Shown piece by piece: positions 1-12,993 of a DNA stretch of 64,000 bases. The position numbers and the translations under genes were made by a program. The stretch is taken from NCBI GenBank assembly GCA_963817745.1, contig CAWFPC010000010.1:34170-98169 (forward strand), in the 5' to 3' direction. This DNA is from an uncultured Chloroflexia bacterium. GTDB taxonomy: Bacteria > Chloroflexota > Limnocylindria > Limnocylindrales > CSP1-4. Each line of letters opens with the position of its first letter. Position 1 is the first letter of the stretch. The notes under the pieces are model-generated. The model was given only the letters and a program-made list of their open reading frames with translations. It ran no database searches and was not told the DNA's origin.

Positions 1-217
1 GCGATCGGCCAGGTGGAACTCCACGAGGCGGGTCGCGCGGCCGAGGAACACGCGGCAGCACGCCGGAGGCGAACGGATCCAGGGTGCCGCCGTGCCCGAC
101 GCGCTTCGTCGCGGCCAGGCGGCGGACGAGCCCGACGACGTCGTGCGAGGTGGGGCCGATCGGCTTGTCGACGACGAGGATGCCGTCGAGACCCGGCCCC
201 AGGGACGAGCGCGCCAC
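1..217 (-). CDS. truB: tRNA pseudouridine(55) synthase, 5' part only (runs off window)
   Basis: Manual translation gives [28 protein letters not shown]...[16 protein letters not shown], the TruB motifs; lies downstream of rbfA-nrnA. Not in the ORF track. Confidence 0.93.
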   Translation of the reverse strand, partial: MARSSLGPGLDGILVVDKPIGPTSHDVVGLVRRLAATKRVGHGGTLDPFASGVLPRVPRPRDPPRGVPPGRS

Positions 218-221
218 GCCC

Positions 222-1246
222 AGCGGACGACCGCGCCGACCAGCCGGACCGCCTCCGCGAGGACCGCCGGCCGTGCCTGCGTCCACGGGGAGCTGCGACG
301 GTCGCGCCGGCCGCGCGGGCGTGCCCGCCACCGCCGAAGCGCCCGGTCAGGACCGTCGCGTCCACGCCGCCGGGCTTCGTCCGGACGCTGATCCGCGTCG
401 CGCGGCCGGCTTCCTTGAACAGGATGGCGACCTCGGCGTCCTCGGCCTGGGCGAGCAGGTCGATGATGCCCTCGGAGTGCGGCGGCTTGGTCGCCGGTCG
501 CCGCGAGGTCGGCGTCGGTGAGCGTCGACCAGACGACGCGCCCGCCGTCGGCGCTCTCGAGCCGGTCCAGGATGCGGCCGAACAGCCGCAGCTGCGCTTC
601 GGGCTTCGAGCGATACAGCCGGCGCGAGATGTCGGACAGCGGCGCGCCGGCCTCGACGAGCGCGGCGGAGACCGCGAGCGTGCGCGGCGTCGCGTTCGGA
701 TGGGCGAACGTCGCGGTGTCCATGACGATGCCGGCCATCAGCGCGCGCGGCCAGCGCGCCGCCGTCGAGGTCGAGCGGGACGCCGAGCCGGAGCCGCGAG
801 CAGCGCGACCATCTCGCAGGTCGCCGCGGCGGCGGGATCGATCCAGTCGGCCTCGCCGACGGCCTCGTTCGACGCGTGGTGGTCGATGACGACCCGCGGC
901 AACCGCTCGAACAGCTCGGCGTGCCGGCGCGGCCACCTCGCCGACGCGATCGAGCGACCCGCAATCGGACACGACGAGGAGGTCGTAGCCGGCGGCCGGA
1001 TCGGGATCGGTCCGGAACCGCTCGATCCCGGCGACGAAGTCGTAGAGCGGCGGGATCGGATCGGTGCACACCGGATCGGCCGTGCCGCCGAGCGACTCGA
1101 CGATGCGCGCGACGCCGAGCGTCGCACCGATGCGTGTCGGCATCGGGGTTCTCGTGGCTGACGGCGAGCACCCGTCGGGCGCCGCGGATCCGGTCGACGA
1201 CGACGTCCGGGACCGCGTCCAGGTAGGGCGTGAGGTCCACGGTCAC
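222..1246 (-). CDS. nrnA: DHH/DHHA1 phosphoesterase (NrnA-type nanoRNase/pAp phosphatase), frameshifted, 3' end approximate
   Basis: [17 protein letters not shown] and [11 protein letters not shown] motifs across frames; canonical rbfA-nrnA-truB position. Confidence 0.88.
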
Positions 1247-1805
1247 CGCCGCGGCCGCGGGGTCTTGCGTGCGGCTTCGTGCCCGCGCCGGATCCGCCGG
1301 AGCGGCCCTTGCCGCCGCTGCCCTTGGCACCGTACTGGCGCTTGGCGCGCGGCTTGGGCGGGATGACGGCCGACGGCGGCTCGTCGCCCAGGTCGTCCTC
1401 CTGGCGGACGCGCGCGACCGGTGTCGGGAGGGTCTCGCCGAGCACGAGATCGTCCGCTCGTGTCGCTCCGGCCCCGAGCTCGTCGAGCAGCCGCAGCACG
1501 CGCGTGCCGCGCTCGGCGGTGTCGTCGAGCTGGACGTGCAGGTCGGGGATCCGCTTGATGCGCAGCGTCTTGCCGAGCTCGTGGCGGACGAACGGCATCG
1601 CCCGGCCGAGGGCGGCGATCGTCGCCGTCCGTTCCGCCGGCTGCCCGATGACGCTGACCCACACCTTGGCGTGGCGCAGGTCCCGCGTCGTCTCGACCTT
1701 CGTGATCGTGGCGAACCCGATGCGCGGATCCGCCACCTCACGCGTCACGATCGCCCCGATCTCCTGCCGGAGCAGCTCGTCGACGCGATCCGTTCGCTGG
1801 CTCAT
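1243..1805 (-). CDS. rbfA: Ribosome-binding factor A with long C-terminal tail (probable frameshift near the 3' end)
   Basis: MSQRTDRVDELLRQEIGAIV...DPRIGFATITKVETTRDLRHAKVWVS...RIPDLH; follows infB. Confidence 0.95.
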
Positions 1806-1838
1806 CGCGTCGCCGCCGAGCAGGTCACCGTCCGGATG

Positions 1839-3745
1839 TCAGCCTGCCGCGACGCGGCTGATGGTCTGCGAGGTGAAGCACTCGATGATGTCGCCTTCTT
1901 CCAGGTCGTGGAAGTTGGCGAGCCCGATGCCGCACTCGTAGTTCGCGAGCACCTCGCGGACGTCGTCGCGGAACCGGCGCAGCGACTCGATCCGGTCGGT
2001 CGCGATGACCCTGCCGCCGCGCCAGACCCGGGCGCCACCGCGGACGATCCGGCCGTCGGTGACGAACGAGCCGGCGATCTGGGTGTTCTTGCCGACCTGG
2101 ATGACCTGGCGGACCTCCGCCCGGCCCTCGATGACCTCGACGATCTCCGGCTCGAGCAGGCCCTTGAGCGCCGCATCGATGTCGTCGGTCAGCTTGTAGA
2201 TGATGTCGTACAGCCGGACATCGACGCCCTCGGCCTCGGCGGCCCGGCGGGCCGTCTCGGTGATCTGGGTGCTGAAGCCCACGACGATCGCGTTGGATGC
2301 CGCCGCCAGCATGATGTCGTTGTCCGTGATGTCGCCGGCCGCCTCGTGGAGGACGTTGATCCGGACCTCGTCCTGGTCGAGCTGCTCGAGCGCGTGGGTG
2401 ATGGCACCCAGCGAGCCCGAGACGTCCGACTTGAGGATGATCCGCAGCTCCTTGGCCTGACCGGCCTGGATCTGGCGGTAGAGGTCCTCGAGCGTGGCCC
2501 GACCGCTGCCGTCGCCGGCCTTCGCGGCCAGGTCCGCCTTGCGGCCCTCGACCATCGTCCGGGCGGCCTTGTCGTCGGCCACGACGCGCAGGATGTCGCC
2601 GGCCTCCGGGACCTCGGACAGGCCGAGCACGACGACCGCGCTCGCCGGACCGGCGGTCGGTCACGCGCTTGCCGCGATCGTTCTCCATGGCGCGCACGCG
2701 CCCGAACGTCTCGCCGACGACGATGATGTCGCCGACCTTGAGCGTGCCGGTCTGGACGAGCGCCGTCGCGACCGCGCCGCGGTTCTTGTCCAGCTGCGCC
2801 TCCACGATCGTGCCGATCGCCGGCCGGTCGGGGTTGGCCTTGAGCTCCTGGAGATCCGCGACGAGCAGCACCATCTCGATGAGCTCGTCGAGGCCCTGGC
2901 GGCTCTTGGCCGACACCGCCACGAGCGGGACGTCGCCGCCGTACTCCTCGATGACGACCCCGGCCTCGGTCAGCTCGGTCTTCACCCGCGTCGGGTCGGC
3001 GTCGGGCTTGTCGATCTTGTTGAGCGCGATGATGATCGGCACCTTGGCCGCACGCGCGTGGCTGATCGCCTCGAGCGTCTGGGGCATGACGCCGTCGTCG
3101 GCTGCGACCACGATGATCGCGATGTCCGTCACCCGGGCGCCGCGGGCACGCATGGCGGTGAACGCCTCGTGACCCGGGGTGTCGAGGAAGACGACGCGCT
3201 TGCCGTCGTGCTCGACTTCCGATGCGCCGATGTGCTGGGTGATGCCACCGCGCTCGCCGGCCGCGACCTCCGTGGAGCGCAGCGCGTCGAGCAGGCTCGT
3301 CTTGCCGTGGTCGACGTGGCCCATCACGGTGACGATCGGGGCGCGCGGCTGCAGGCGTCGCGGGGTCGTCGTCGAAGAGCACCTCCTTGGTCGCCTCGGG
3401 GGCGGGGCCTTCGGCCTCGCCGTCGGGACCGGTGCCGTTGGTCGACGCGGCGACCGTCTCGGCCACCTCGTAGCCGAGCTCGGATGCGACGAGCGACGCG
3501 GTGTCGCGGTCGATGAGCTGGTTGATGGTCGCGAAGATGCCGCTCTTGATCAGCTCGCGGATGATGTCCGCGACGTTGACCGTGAGGAGGTCGGCGAGCT
3601 CCTTGACGGTGATGGTGGTCGGCAGCTCGATCGCGCCACGTTCGCTCGGATCGAGTGTCTGGACCTGCGATGCCGCGCCGCTGTCGCGACGCGGCGGCTT
3701 GCGGGGGCCGCGTCGGCCGCGGGTGCCGCTCCTACTCCTGGCCAC
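1839..3745 (-). CDS. infB: Translation initiation factor IF-2, compact form, two apparent frameshifts
   Basis: IF2_N ([10 protein letters not shown]), [34 protein letters not shown], and C-terminal [12 protein letters not shown]...ECGI. Confidence 0.97.
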
Positions 3746-4067
3746 GGGCTCCTCCTTCGATGTCAGTCGTGTGTTGGGCTCCCGTGCCGACGCTCGCGAG
3801 GAACGCGGGCGGGAGCGGGGTCTCGAGCGCCCGACGAAGGGCGCCCTTGTTGATGGCGATGGTCAGGCAGTCCGTCCCCTGACAGACGTACGCGCCGCGG
3901 CCGGCCAGCCGACCGGTCGCATCGAGCTCGACGCGACCGTCGGGTGTCCGGACGATCCTGCTGAGCTCGCGCTTCGGGCGCGCGGTCCGACATGCGACAC
4001 AGGTCCGCGTCGGGACCCGACGCGCGGCACCGGCCGGACTCGCCGCCTGCTGGGCCGGCGCGCCTAC
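3732..4067 (-). CDS. ylxR: YlxR/RnpM (DUF448) RNA-binding protein; start codon uncertain
   Basis: Manual translation [27 protein letters not shown]...GRGAYVC...KGALRRAL between nusA and infB; absent from the ORF track because the frame has no canonical start. Confidence 0.9.
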   Translation of the reverse strand, partial: VGAPAQQAASPAGAARRVPTRTCVACRTARPKRELSRIVRTPDGRVELDATGRLAGRGAYVCQGTDCLTIAINKGALRRALETPLPPAFLASVGTGAQHTTDIEGGARGQE

Positions 4068-5552
4068 GACGCCACCTCTTCGGCGGCGGCCTCCGCGGCG
4101 ACGGCCTTCTTGGTCGCGCGCTTGGGCTTGGCGGATGCGGCGGCCTCGGTCGCGGTGTCGTCGGCTGCGTCGGTCGTCGCCGTCGGCCTTCGCCTTCGGG
4201 GCTGCCGTGGCTTCGGTCGGCGGCCGTTGCCTTCGGCGCGGCCTCGGCGCTCGGCCGTTGCCGCGCGGCCTTCGTCGCGCGCTTCGGCTTCGCCGGCGCG
4301 TCCGCGGCGGCCTCGGCGGTCGCGGCCTCGGCGGTCGGCATCAGCGGCGGCGGACTCGGCGCCCGCCGCCGTCGTGGCGGCTGCGGCCTTCGACGCGCGC
4401 TTCGGCTTCGGCGCCGACGGGGTCTCGGCCGCGGCGATCCGTTCCATCGGTCTCGGTGGCCGGCGATCGCGCGCGACGGCTCTCGTCCTCGGGCGTCTCC
4501 GCCGCGGCCTTGGCCTCGGCGACCGACACGTCGCTGCGGATGTCGATCCGCCAGCCGGTGAGCCGGGCGGCCAGTCGAGCGTTCTGCCCCTCGCGGCCGA
4601 TGGCCAGCGAGAGCATCCGCTCGGGGACGGTGACCGACGCGATGCGATGCTCCTCGTCGATGTCGACCGACAGGACCTGGGCCGGGCTCAGGGCATTGGC
4701 CACGAACACCCCGGCGTCGTCGCTCCAGGGGATGACGTCGATCTTCTCGCCGGCGAGCTCGGCCACGACCGCCTGGACGCGCGCGCCGCGCTGGCCGACG
4801 GTCGCGCCGACCGGGTCGAGCCCGTCCTGGCGCGAGCTGACGGCCACCTTCGAGCGGCTGCCGGCCTCGCGGGCGATCGCCTTGATCTCGACCGTGCCGT
4901 TGTGGATCTCGGGGACCTCGAGCTCGAACAGGCGTCGGAGGAAGCCCTTGTGCGTGCGGCTGACGAAGATCTGCGGCCCGCGCACGGAACGCCGGACCTC
5001 GAGCACGAACGCCTTGACGTTCTGCCCGATCCGATAGTGCTCGAGCGAGCTCTGCTCGGTCGTCGCCAGGATCGCTTCGGTGTTCTTGCCGACGTCGAGG
5101 ATGATCGCGCGCGGCTCCACCCGGTTGACCGTCCCGGTGATGAGCTCGCCCTCGCGACTCGCGAACTGGTCGAAGACCTGGTCGCGCTCGACCTCGCGGA
5201 TGCGCTGCAGCACGATCTGCTTGGCGGTCTGCGCGCCGATCCGGCCGAAGACGTCGCCGTCGAGCTGCTCGGTCTCCACGAGATCGCCGATCTTGGCGGT
5301 CGTATCGAACTTCTGGGCGGCGTCGACGGTCATCTGCGTGAGCTCGTCCTCGATCGAGTCGACGACGAGCCGGGCACGGAACACGCGGATCCGGCCGGTC
5401 TCGGCGTCGATCCGGACGTGGATGTCCTCGTCGCCCGCGACGCGCCGATAGGCCGACTGGATGCCGTCCTCGACGGCTCCGATCAGCTGCTCCCGTGAAA
5501 CCTGCTTCTCCGCGTTGAGCTGGAGGAGGGCGCCCACGAAGTCTCGACTCAC
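4064..5552 (-). CDS. nusA: Transcription termination/antitermination factor NusA with Ala/Lys-rich C-terminal tail (tail frameshifted)
   Basis: [18 protein letters not shown]...[45 protein letters not shown]. Confidence 0.97.
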
Positions 5553-5582
5553 GATCGCCTCCTCTCGCCACGCTTGGTCAGG

Positions 5583-5655
5583 GAACGGCCGGTCCGAAAA
5601 AAAACGTGGGGGTCACCCACGTCGCGGAGCGGCCGTTCAGTTGCGGCGAAGTATA
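5583..5655 (-). promoter_or_regulatory. nusA promoter -10 and structured leader containing an intrinsic terminator
   Basis: TATACT at 5650-5655 (minus); hairpin ACGTGGG-TGACC-CCCACGT (5604-5622) followed by a T-run (5597-5604); outer inverted repeat 5583-5591/5630-5638. Confidence 0.75.
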
Positions 5656-5706
5656 CACCCGGACGGGTGGACGGGCCAACGAGGGTGGCGAAACCGGCTC
5701 GGACGG

Positions 5707-6949
<1,243 letters not shown>

Positions 6950-6953
<4 letters not shown>

Positions 6954-8052
6954 GATCCGGCGCCGAGGCTCCGGATGATGTCGAACCCGGTGATCCAGAT
7001 CAGGAACGCGAAGAGGAAGACGAAGCCGACCATGTAGGTCAGCTGCTCGGCGCGGAGGCTGATGCGCGCTCCGAACACCCGCTTGAGCGTGATCATCAGC
7101 ATCCGCCCACCGTCGAGCGGCGGGAACGGCAGGATGTTCACGACCGCCAGGTTCGCCGACAGGATGCCCGCGACGTACAGCGTGAAGATCGGTCCGAGCT
7201 GCCAGAAGATGTCGCCGATCTGGGTGGCGATGCCGACCGGTCCCGCGACCGGCGGCGCCTGCGTCGGGTCGGTCACGATCGAGTCGACGAGCGTCGCCGA
7301 GACCGACGACGATGAGCCCGAGCGCCTCCACCGTGCGCTGCGCGCCGATCGGCGACGGCCTCGGCCAGGGTGTAGTTGATCGACACGTCGGTGACCACGG
7401 CGGTCAGGTCCGGAGATCGCCGAGCGCACCCTGGCCGGCCGCCACCGCGGCTGCGTCACGCAGGGTGACCGTGATCGTCTCGAACGTGCCGTCCGCGCGT
7501 CTGGACGCCGAGGGTGACCGTCTCGCCGGCATGGTCCTGGAGCGCATCGAGCAGGCGCACGTCGTCGAACGCCCCGAAATAGCCGCCGTTGACGCTGACG
7601 ATCGCGTCGCCCGGCTGGAGGCCGACGCCGCGGCGCGGGCGAATCCGGCTGGACGGCGCCGGCGCCGCACGCCGATCGTCGGGTCGCCGACGAGGGCGAT
7701 GCCGGTGAAGATCGCGAACGCGAGCACGACGTTCATGACCACGCCCGCGACGAGGATGACCATCTTGGTGACCCAGCGCTGGGCCGAGAACGAGCGCGGA
7801 TCCGCGGCCTCGTCGCCGTCCTCGCCTTCGAGCTTGACGAAGCCGCCGATCGGCAGCCAGTTGAGCGTGTAGAGGGTCTCGCCCTTGTTGCGCAGGACCT
7901 TCGCGCGCGGCGGGAAACCCAAACCGAATTCGAGGACGCGGACATCGGCCATGCCGTGCAGTCACGAAGTGGCCGATCTCGTGGATGACCACGAGGATGC
8001 CGAGGATCGCGAAGAACAGGACGATCGTGATGAGCGATTGGACGAGAGCCAT
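6950..8052 (-). CDS. rseP: RseP/RasP-type M50 intramembrane zinc metalloprotease with PDZ-like region, frameshifted
   Basis: [40 protein letters not shown]; dxr-rseP-ispG synteny. Confidence 0.93.
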
Positions 8053-9287
8053 CAGGACAGATCTCCGATGCGGGCGGTGGCGTAGGTCGCCCGGATCTCG
8101 GCGTCGAGGGCGATGAGGGTATCGACGTCGGGGTCAGCCGCCGCGGTTCCCCCGAACCGCGTGACAGCGGCGTCGAGGAGGCGCGGGATGTCGAGGTAGT
8201 CGAGGGTGCCGTCGAGGAATCGCGCGACGGCGACCTCGTCCGCCGCGATCAGTGCCGCGGATGCTCGAGGGCCGGCGCGCCCGGCCTCGCGGGCGAGACG
8301 CAGTGCCGGGAAGCGCTGTTCGTCGGGCGCCCGGAACTCCAGGCGCCCGGTGCCGATGAGGTCCGCGGGTTCGGCCGGCGACGGTCGCCGTTCGGGATAG
8401 GTCAGGGCGTACTGGATGGGAAGTCGCATGTCCGGGGTGCCCAGCTGGGCCTTGAGGGAGCCATCCACGAAGCGGACGGCTGAGTGGACGACGCTCTGCG
8501 GATGGATGACCACCTCGATCGCGTCGTACGCCACATCGTACAGCCAGTGTGCCTCGATGACCTCCAGGCCCTTGTTGACGAGCGTCGCCGAATCGATCGT
8601 GATCTTGGCGCCCATGGTCCAGGTCGGGTGGCGGAGCGCCTGCGCCGGCGTCACCGCGGCAAGCTCGGCGTCGGTGGCATCCAGGAACGGGCCGCCCGAT
8701 GCCGTGAGGATCAGCGCGGCCACGCTCGCCATCGTCTCGCCGACGAGGCATTGCCACAGGGCCGAGTGCTCCGAATCGATCGGGCGGATCCAGGCGAGCG
8801 CACTCGCGAACGGATCGCGTGGATCGCGGGCGCCGACCTCGGCCGCGCGGGCCCTGGCCTCGGGCATGACGAGGTGGCCGCCCGCGACGAGGGTCTCCTT
8901 GTTCGCGGTCGCGACGACCTTGCCGGCCCGCAGCGCGGCGAGGACCGGGCCGAGGCTGACCACGCCACCCGTGGCCACCACGACGAGATCCACGTCGTCC
9001 CGCGTCGCCAGGCGCTCCAGCGCGTCGTCGCCCGCGACGCGCTCCGTCCCGGCGGGCAGGTCGAGCGTGCCGAGTTCGTCGGCGGCGGCCAGCGCGACCG
9101 CGGCTGGGCGGACCCGCGCTGCCTGCTCGGCGAGGAGTGGACCGTTGCGGCCCGTCGCGAGGGCGACGATCCGGAAGGCGTCCGGGTGGGCCGTCAGGAC
9201 CTCGATGGCCTGGCGCCCGATCGACCCGGTCGAGCCGAGCAGCGCCACCCCGCGCGGACGTGACTCAGACGATGAGGGCGACGACAT
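8052..9287 (-). CDS. dxr: 1-deoxy-D-xylulose-5-phosphate reductoisomerase
   Basis: [55 protein letters not shown]. Confidence 0.98.
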   Translation of the reverse strand: MSSPSSSESRPRGVALLGSTGSIGRQAIEVLTAHPDAFRIVALATGRNGPLLAEQAARVRPAAVALAAADELGTLDLPAGTERVAGDDALERLATRDDVDLVVVATGGVVSLGPVLAALRAGKVVATANKETLVAGGHLVMPEARARAAEVGARDPRDPFASALAWIRPIDSEHSALWQCLVGETMASVAALILTASGGPFLDATDAELAAVTPAQALRHPTWTMGAKITIDSATLVNKGLEVIEAHWLYDVAYDAIEVVIHPQSVVHSAVRFVDGSLKAQLGTPDMRLPIQYALTYPERRPSPAEPADLIGTGRLEFRAPDEQRFPALRLAREAGRAGPRASAALIAADEVAVARFLDGTLDYLDIPRLLDAAVTRFGGTAAADPDVDTLIALDAEIRATYATARIGDLS

Positions 9288-10092
9288 ACAGCATCACGAC
9301 GGGGGCCGCGAACAGGAACAAATCGACGCGGTCCAGCATCCCGCCGTGACCCGGGATGAGGGTCCCGGAGTCCTTGGCACCCGCGGCACGCTTCAGCACC
9401 GACTCAGCGAGATCCCCGGCCTGCGCGGCCAGCGCGGTGAGCGGCCCGAGCGCGAGCGCGTGGAGCGGCGACTGGCCGAGGCCCCAGAGCATGAGGGCGA
9501 CCACCACGGTCGTCGCCACGATCCCGCCGACCAGGCCGGCGTACGTCTTGGATGGCGAGATGTGGGTGAGGAATTTCTCGCGCCCGAAACGCTTGCCGAC
9601 GAGGTACGCCCCGGTGTCGTACGACCACACCGCGAGGATCAGCAGCAGGATCCAGCCGCGTTCTCCTCCGATCGCTGACAACGGCAGCCCCGCCGGGACG
9701 TCTGGCGCCGCCTGGCCGAGCCGGACGACGAACGCCAGCAGGCTGACGTACAGCGCCCCGAACGTCGTCGCCATCCACGCGGCCAGCGCGTCACGTGGAT
9801 CCGGCCGCGCGAACGCGGCGACCGCGACGAGGATGATCCCGATCGCGACGAGCAGCAGCCCGCTCCCCTCGAGGACGCCCGGGAACGCCGCCTCGAGGAT
9901 GACCGCGAGCGCGAGGGCGATGCCGAGCAGCGGCATCGTCGGATGACCCGCGGCGGTGAGCAGGCTGAACACCTCGCGCGCGGCGAAGACGGTGACGAGC
10001 GCGATCGCCGCGGCGAGCACGACACCACCGATCGCGAGCACGACGAGCAGGACCGGGACGAGGACGACCGCCGTGATCGCGCGCTCACGCAT
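9265..10092 (-). CDS. cdsA: Phosphatidate cytidylyltransferase
   Basis: Polytopic; [43 protein letters not shown]. Confidence 0.97.
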   Translation of the reverse strand: MRERAITAVVLVPVLLVVLAIGGVVLAAAIALVTVFAAREVFSLLTAAGHPTMPLLGIALALAVILEAAFPGVLEGSGLLLVAIGIILVAVAAFARPDPRDALAAWMATTFGALYVSLLAFVVRLGQAAPDVPAGLPLSAIGGERGWILLLILAVWSYDTGAYLVGKRFGREKFLTHISPSKTYAGLVGGIVATTVVVALMLWGLGQSPLHALALGPLTALAAQAGDLAESVLKRAAGAKDSGTLIPGHGGMLDRVDLFLFAAPVVMLYVVALIV

Positions 10093-10129
10093 GATCGACC
10101 ACCGGTAGCGTTACTTGTCGCACGATGGC

Positions 10130-10936
10130 CTAGCGACCGAACCGGCGGTGCCGGCGGGCGAACTCCAGCAGCGCCTCGTCGAAGGCATCCGCGCCGAAGT
10201 CGGGCCACAGTTCGTCGCAGAAATAGAACTCGGCGTAGGCCGCCTGCCAGATGAGGAAGTTCGAGAGCCGCTGTTCGCCGCCCGTCCGGATGACGAGGTC
10301 GGGATCGGGCAGGCCGGCCGTGTACAGCGCGGCGGTGACCGTGGCCTCGTCGATGTCCTCGGGCGGGGTCCCCGCGGCGACGAGCCGGCGGACCGCGTCG
10401 ACGAGCTCGGTGCGCCCGGCGTAGTTGAACGCGATGTTGAGCAGCAGCCGCTGCCCGCCCGCGGTCGCGTCGAGCGCGCTCCCGATCGAGCGGCGGGTCT
10501 CGTCGGGCAGCTCGTCGAGCCGACCGAGGAGGCGGACACGCACGCCCTGGCGCTGGAGCTCGTCGGTCTCGCTGCGGATGGCCCCCTCCAGCAGACCGAA
10601 CAGGCCCGTCACCTCGTCGTCGGAGCGCGCCCAGTTCTCGCGACTGAACGCGTAGAGCGTCAGGACCGGCACGCTGCGCTTGACGGCGTGGCGGAGCAGG
10701 CCGCGGATCGCCTCGACGCCCGCCGCGTGCCCCTCGAGCTCGGGCAGGTCGTGGGCGCGAGCCCAGCGCCGGTTGCCGTCCATGATGATCGCCACGTGAC
10801 GCGGCAGGTCCTCGAGCGGGACGAGGAGCGGCTCGTCGTCGGGACTCGCGACGCCCGTGGCGGCGTCAGCGGGCAGCGCCGGGTCGTGCGCGGACGGCGG
10901 CGCGTCGGTGGGCCGGGCCAGCGGTACGCGGGCCAC
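10130..10936 (-). CDS. uppS: Undecaprenyl/polyprenyl diphosphate synthase
   Basis: PRHVAIIMDGNRRWA, YAFSRENWARS, DLVIRTGGEQRLSNFLIWQAAYAE. Confidence 0.97.
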   Translation of the reverse strand: MARVPLARPTDAPPSAHDPALPADAATGVASPDDEPLLVPLEDLPRHVAIIMDGNRRWARAHDLPELEGHAAGVEAIRGLLRHAVKRSVPVLTLYAFSRENWARSDDEVTGLFGLLEGAIRSETDELQRQGVRVRLLGRLDELPDETRRSIGSALDATAGGQRLLLNIAFNYAGRTELVDAVRRLVAAGTPPEDIDEATVTAALYTAGLPDPDLVIRTGGEQRLSNFLIWQAAYAEFYFCDELWPDFGADAFDEALLEFARRHRRFGR

Positions 10937-11493
10937 TAGACCTCGAGGACCTCCTGTTCCTTCGCCTCGCCACGTCGATCGATGTCGGCGATGTGCCGAT
11001 CGGTCGCCTTCTGGAGCGTCTCGAGCTCGCGATGCACGTCGTCCGCGCTCACCGAGCCCTCGCGCTCTTCCTTCTTGATGTGGTCGTTGGCATCGCGGCG
11101 GATGTTGCGGATCTCGACCTTGGCCTCTTCCATACGTCTGTGGACGACCTTGACGAGCTCCTTGCGACGTTCCTCGGTCAGCGGCGGGATGTTCAGGCGA
11201 ACGACGGTGCCGTCGACGTTGGGCATGAGCCCGATCTCGCTCTTCGTGATCGCCTTCTCGATGGCGCCGAGGACGCCGCGATCCCAGGGCTGGATCACGA
11301 TCTGATGCGGCTCCGGCACGCTGATGCCCGCCAGCTGGTTGAGCGGTGTCTGCGTCCCGTAGTAGTCGACCGTGATGCGCTCGACCAGGGCGGTAGAGGC
11401 GCGGCCGGTTCGGACGCCCTGGAAATCGCGCTCCATCACCTCGACGGCGCGCGCCATCTTGTGGTCAGCGTCCACGAGGATCTCGCTGCTCAT
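10936..11493 (-). CDS. frr: Ribosome recycling factor
   Basis: [37 protein letters not shown]. Confidence 0.98.
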   Translation of the reverse strand: MSSEILVDADHKMARAVEVMERDFQGVRTGRASTALVERITVDYYGTQTPLNQLAGISVPEPHQIVIQPWDRGVLGAIEKAITKSEIGLMPNVDGTVVRLNIPPLTEERRKELVKVVHRRMEEAKVEIRNIRRDANDHIKKEEREGSVSADDVHRELETLQKATDRHIADIDRRGEAKEQEVLEV

Positions 11494-12274
11494 GCCGGCG
11501 CACCTCCGGTGGCTCTCGTCGCGCCGTCGGCGCTCGAGATCCGGGTCCCGACCGATTCTCCGGCCGCGACCCGTGTGATGTTGTCAGGTTGGTTGAGGTC
11601 GAACACGACGATCGGGAGGTCGTTCTCCATGCACAGGCTGACGGCCGCCGCGTCCATGACCTTGAGCTGGTCGCGGAGCAGGTCGGCGTACCCGAGCCGA
11701 GCGTAGCGCCGGGCGTCCGGGTTCGTCATCGGATCGGCATCGTAGACGCCGTCCACCTTGGTCGCCTTGAGCAGGACCTCGGCGTTGATCTCCACCGCGC
11801 GCAGCGCGGCCGCCGTGTCGGTCGTGAAATACGGATTGCCGGTCCCGGCGACGAAGATCGTGACGCGACCCTTCTCCATGTGGCGGATGGCCCGCCGGCG
11901 GATGTACGGCTCGGCGACCTCGTTCATCGCGATGGCGGTCATCACCCGCGTCGGGACGTTGGCCTTCTCGAGCGCATCCTGCAGCGCGAGCCCGTTCATC
12001 ACCGTGGCGAGCATGCCGATGTAGTCGCCGGTCGCGCGGTCCATGCCCTTCGCGGCCGCGGCCATGCCGCGGAAGATGTTGCCGCCACCGACCACGATCC
12101 CGACCTGGACGCCGAGCCGGTGGACCTCGCCGACCTGGCGCGCGATGAACGCACAGAACGCGGGGTCGACGCCGTACTGGCGGTCGCCGAGCAGGGCCTC
12201 GCCGGACAGCTTGAGCAGGATCCGGCGGTAGCGGACCGCCTGCTCGGAGTCGGCCGCGGCCGTGGCGGCGTTGC

Positions 12275-12278
<4 letters not shown>
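11490..12278 (-). CDS. pyrH: Uridylate kinase
   Basis: [48 protein letters not shown]; GTG start overlaps the tsf stop. Confidence 0.97.
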
Positions 12279-12874
<596 letters not shown>

Positions 12875-12993
12875 GTGCGTGTGTGCTCCTGTTCCGTGCT
12901 GTCGTGCGGGCGCCGTGGCGCCCGCGTCGTGGGTAGGGTTCGTGCTGTCGCGTTGGGCTCGCGTGGGCGGGCCGCCGAGTGCGGCCCGTCGGT

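Noticed and set aside
4080-4440. Repeated GCGCGCTTCGGCTTCG-like units as a CRISPR or other DNA repeat array
   Set aside because: Imperfect, irregularly spaced and explained by the coding repeats of the NusA tail; no cas genes nearby.
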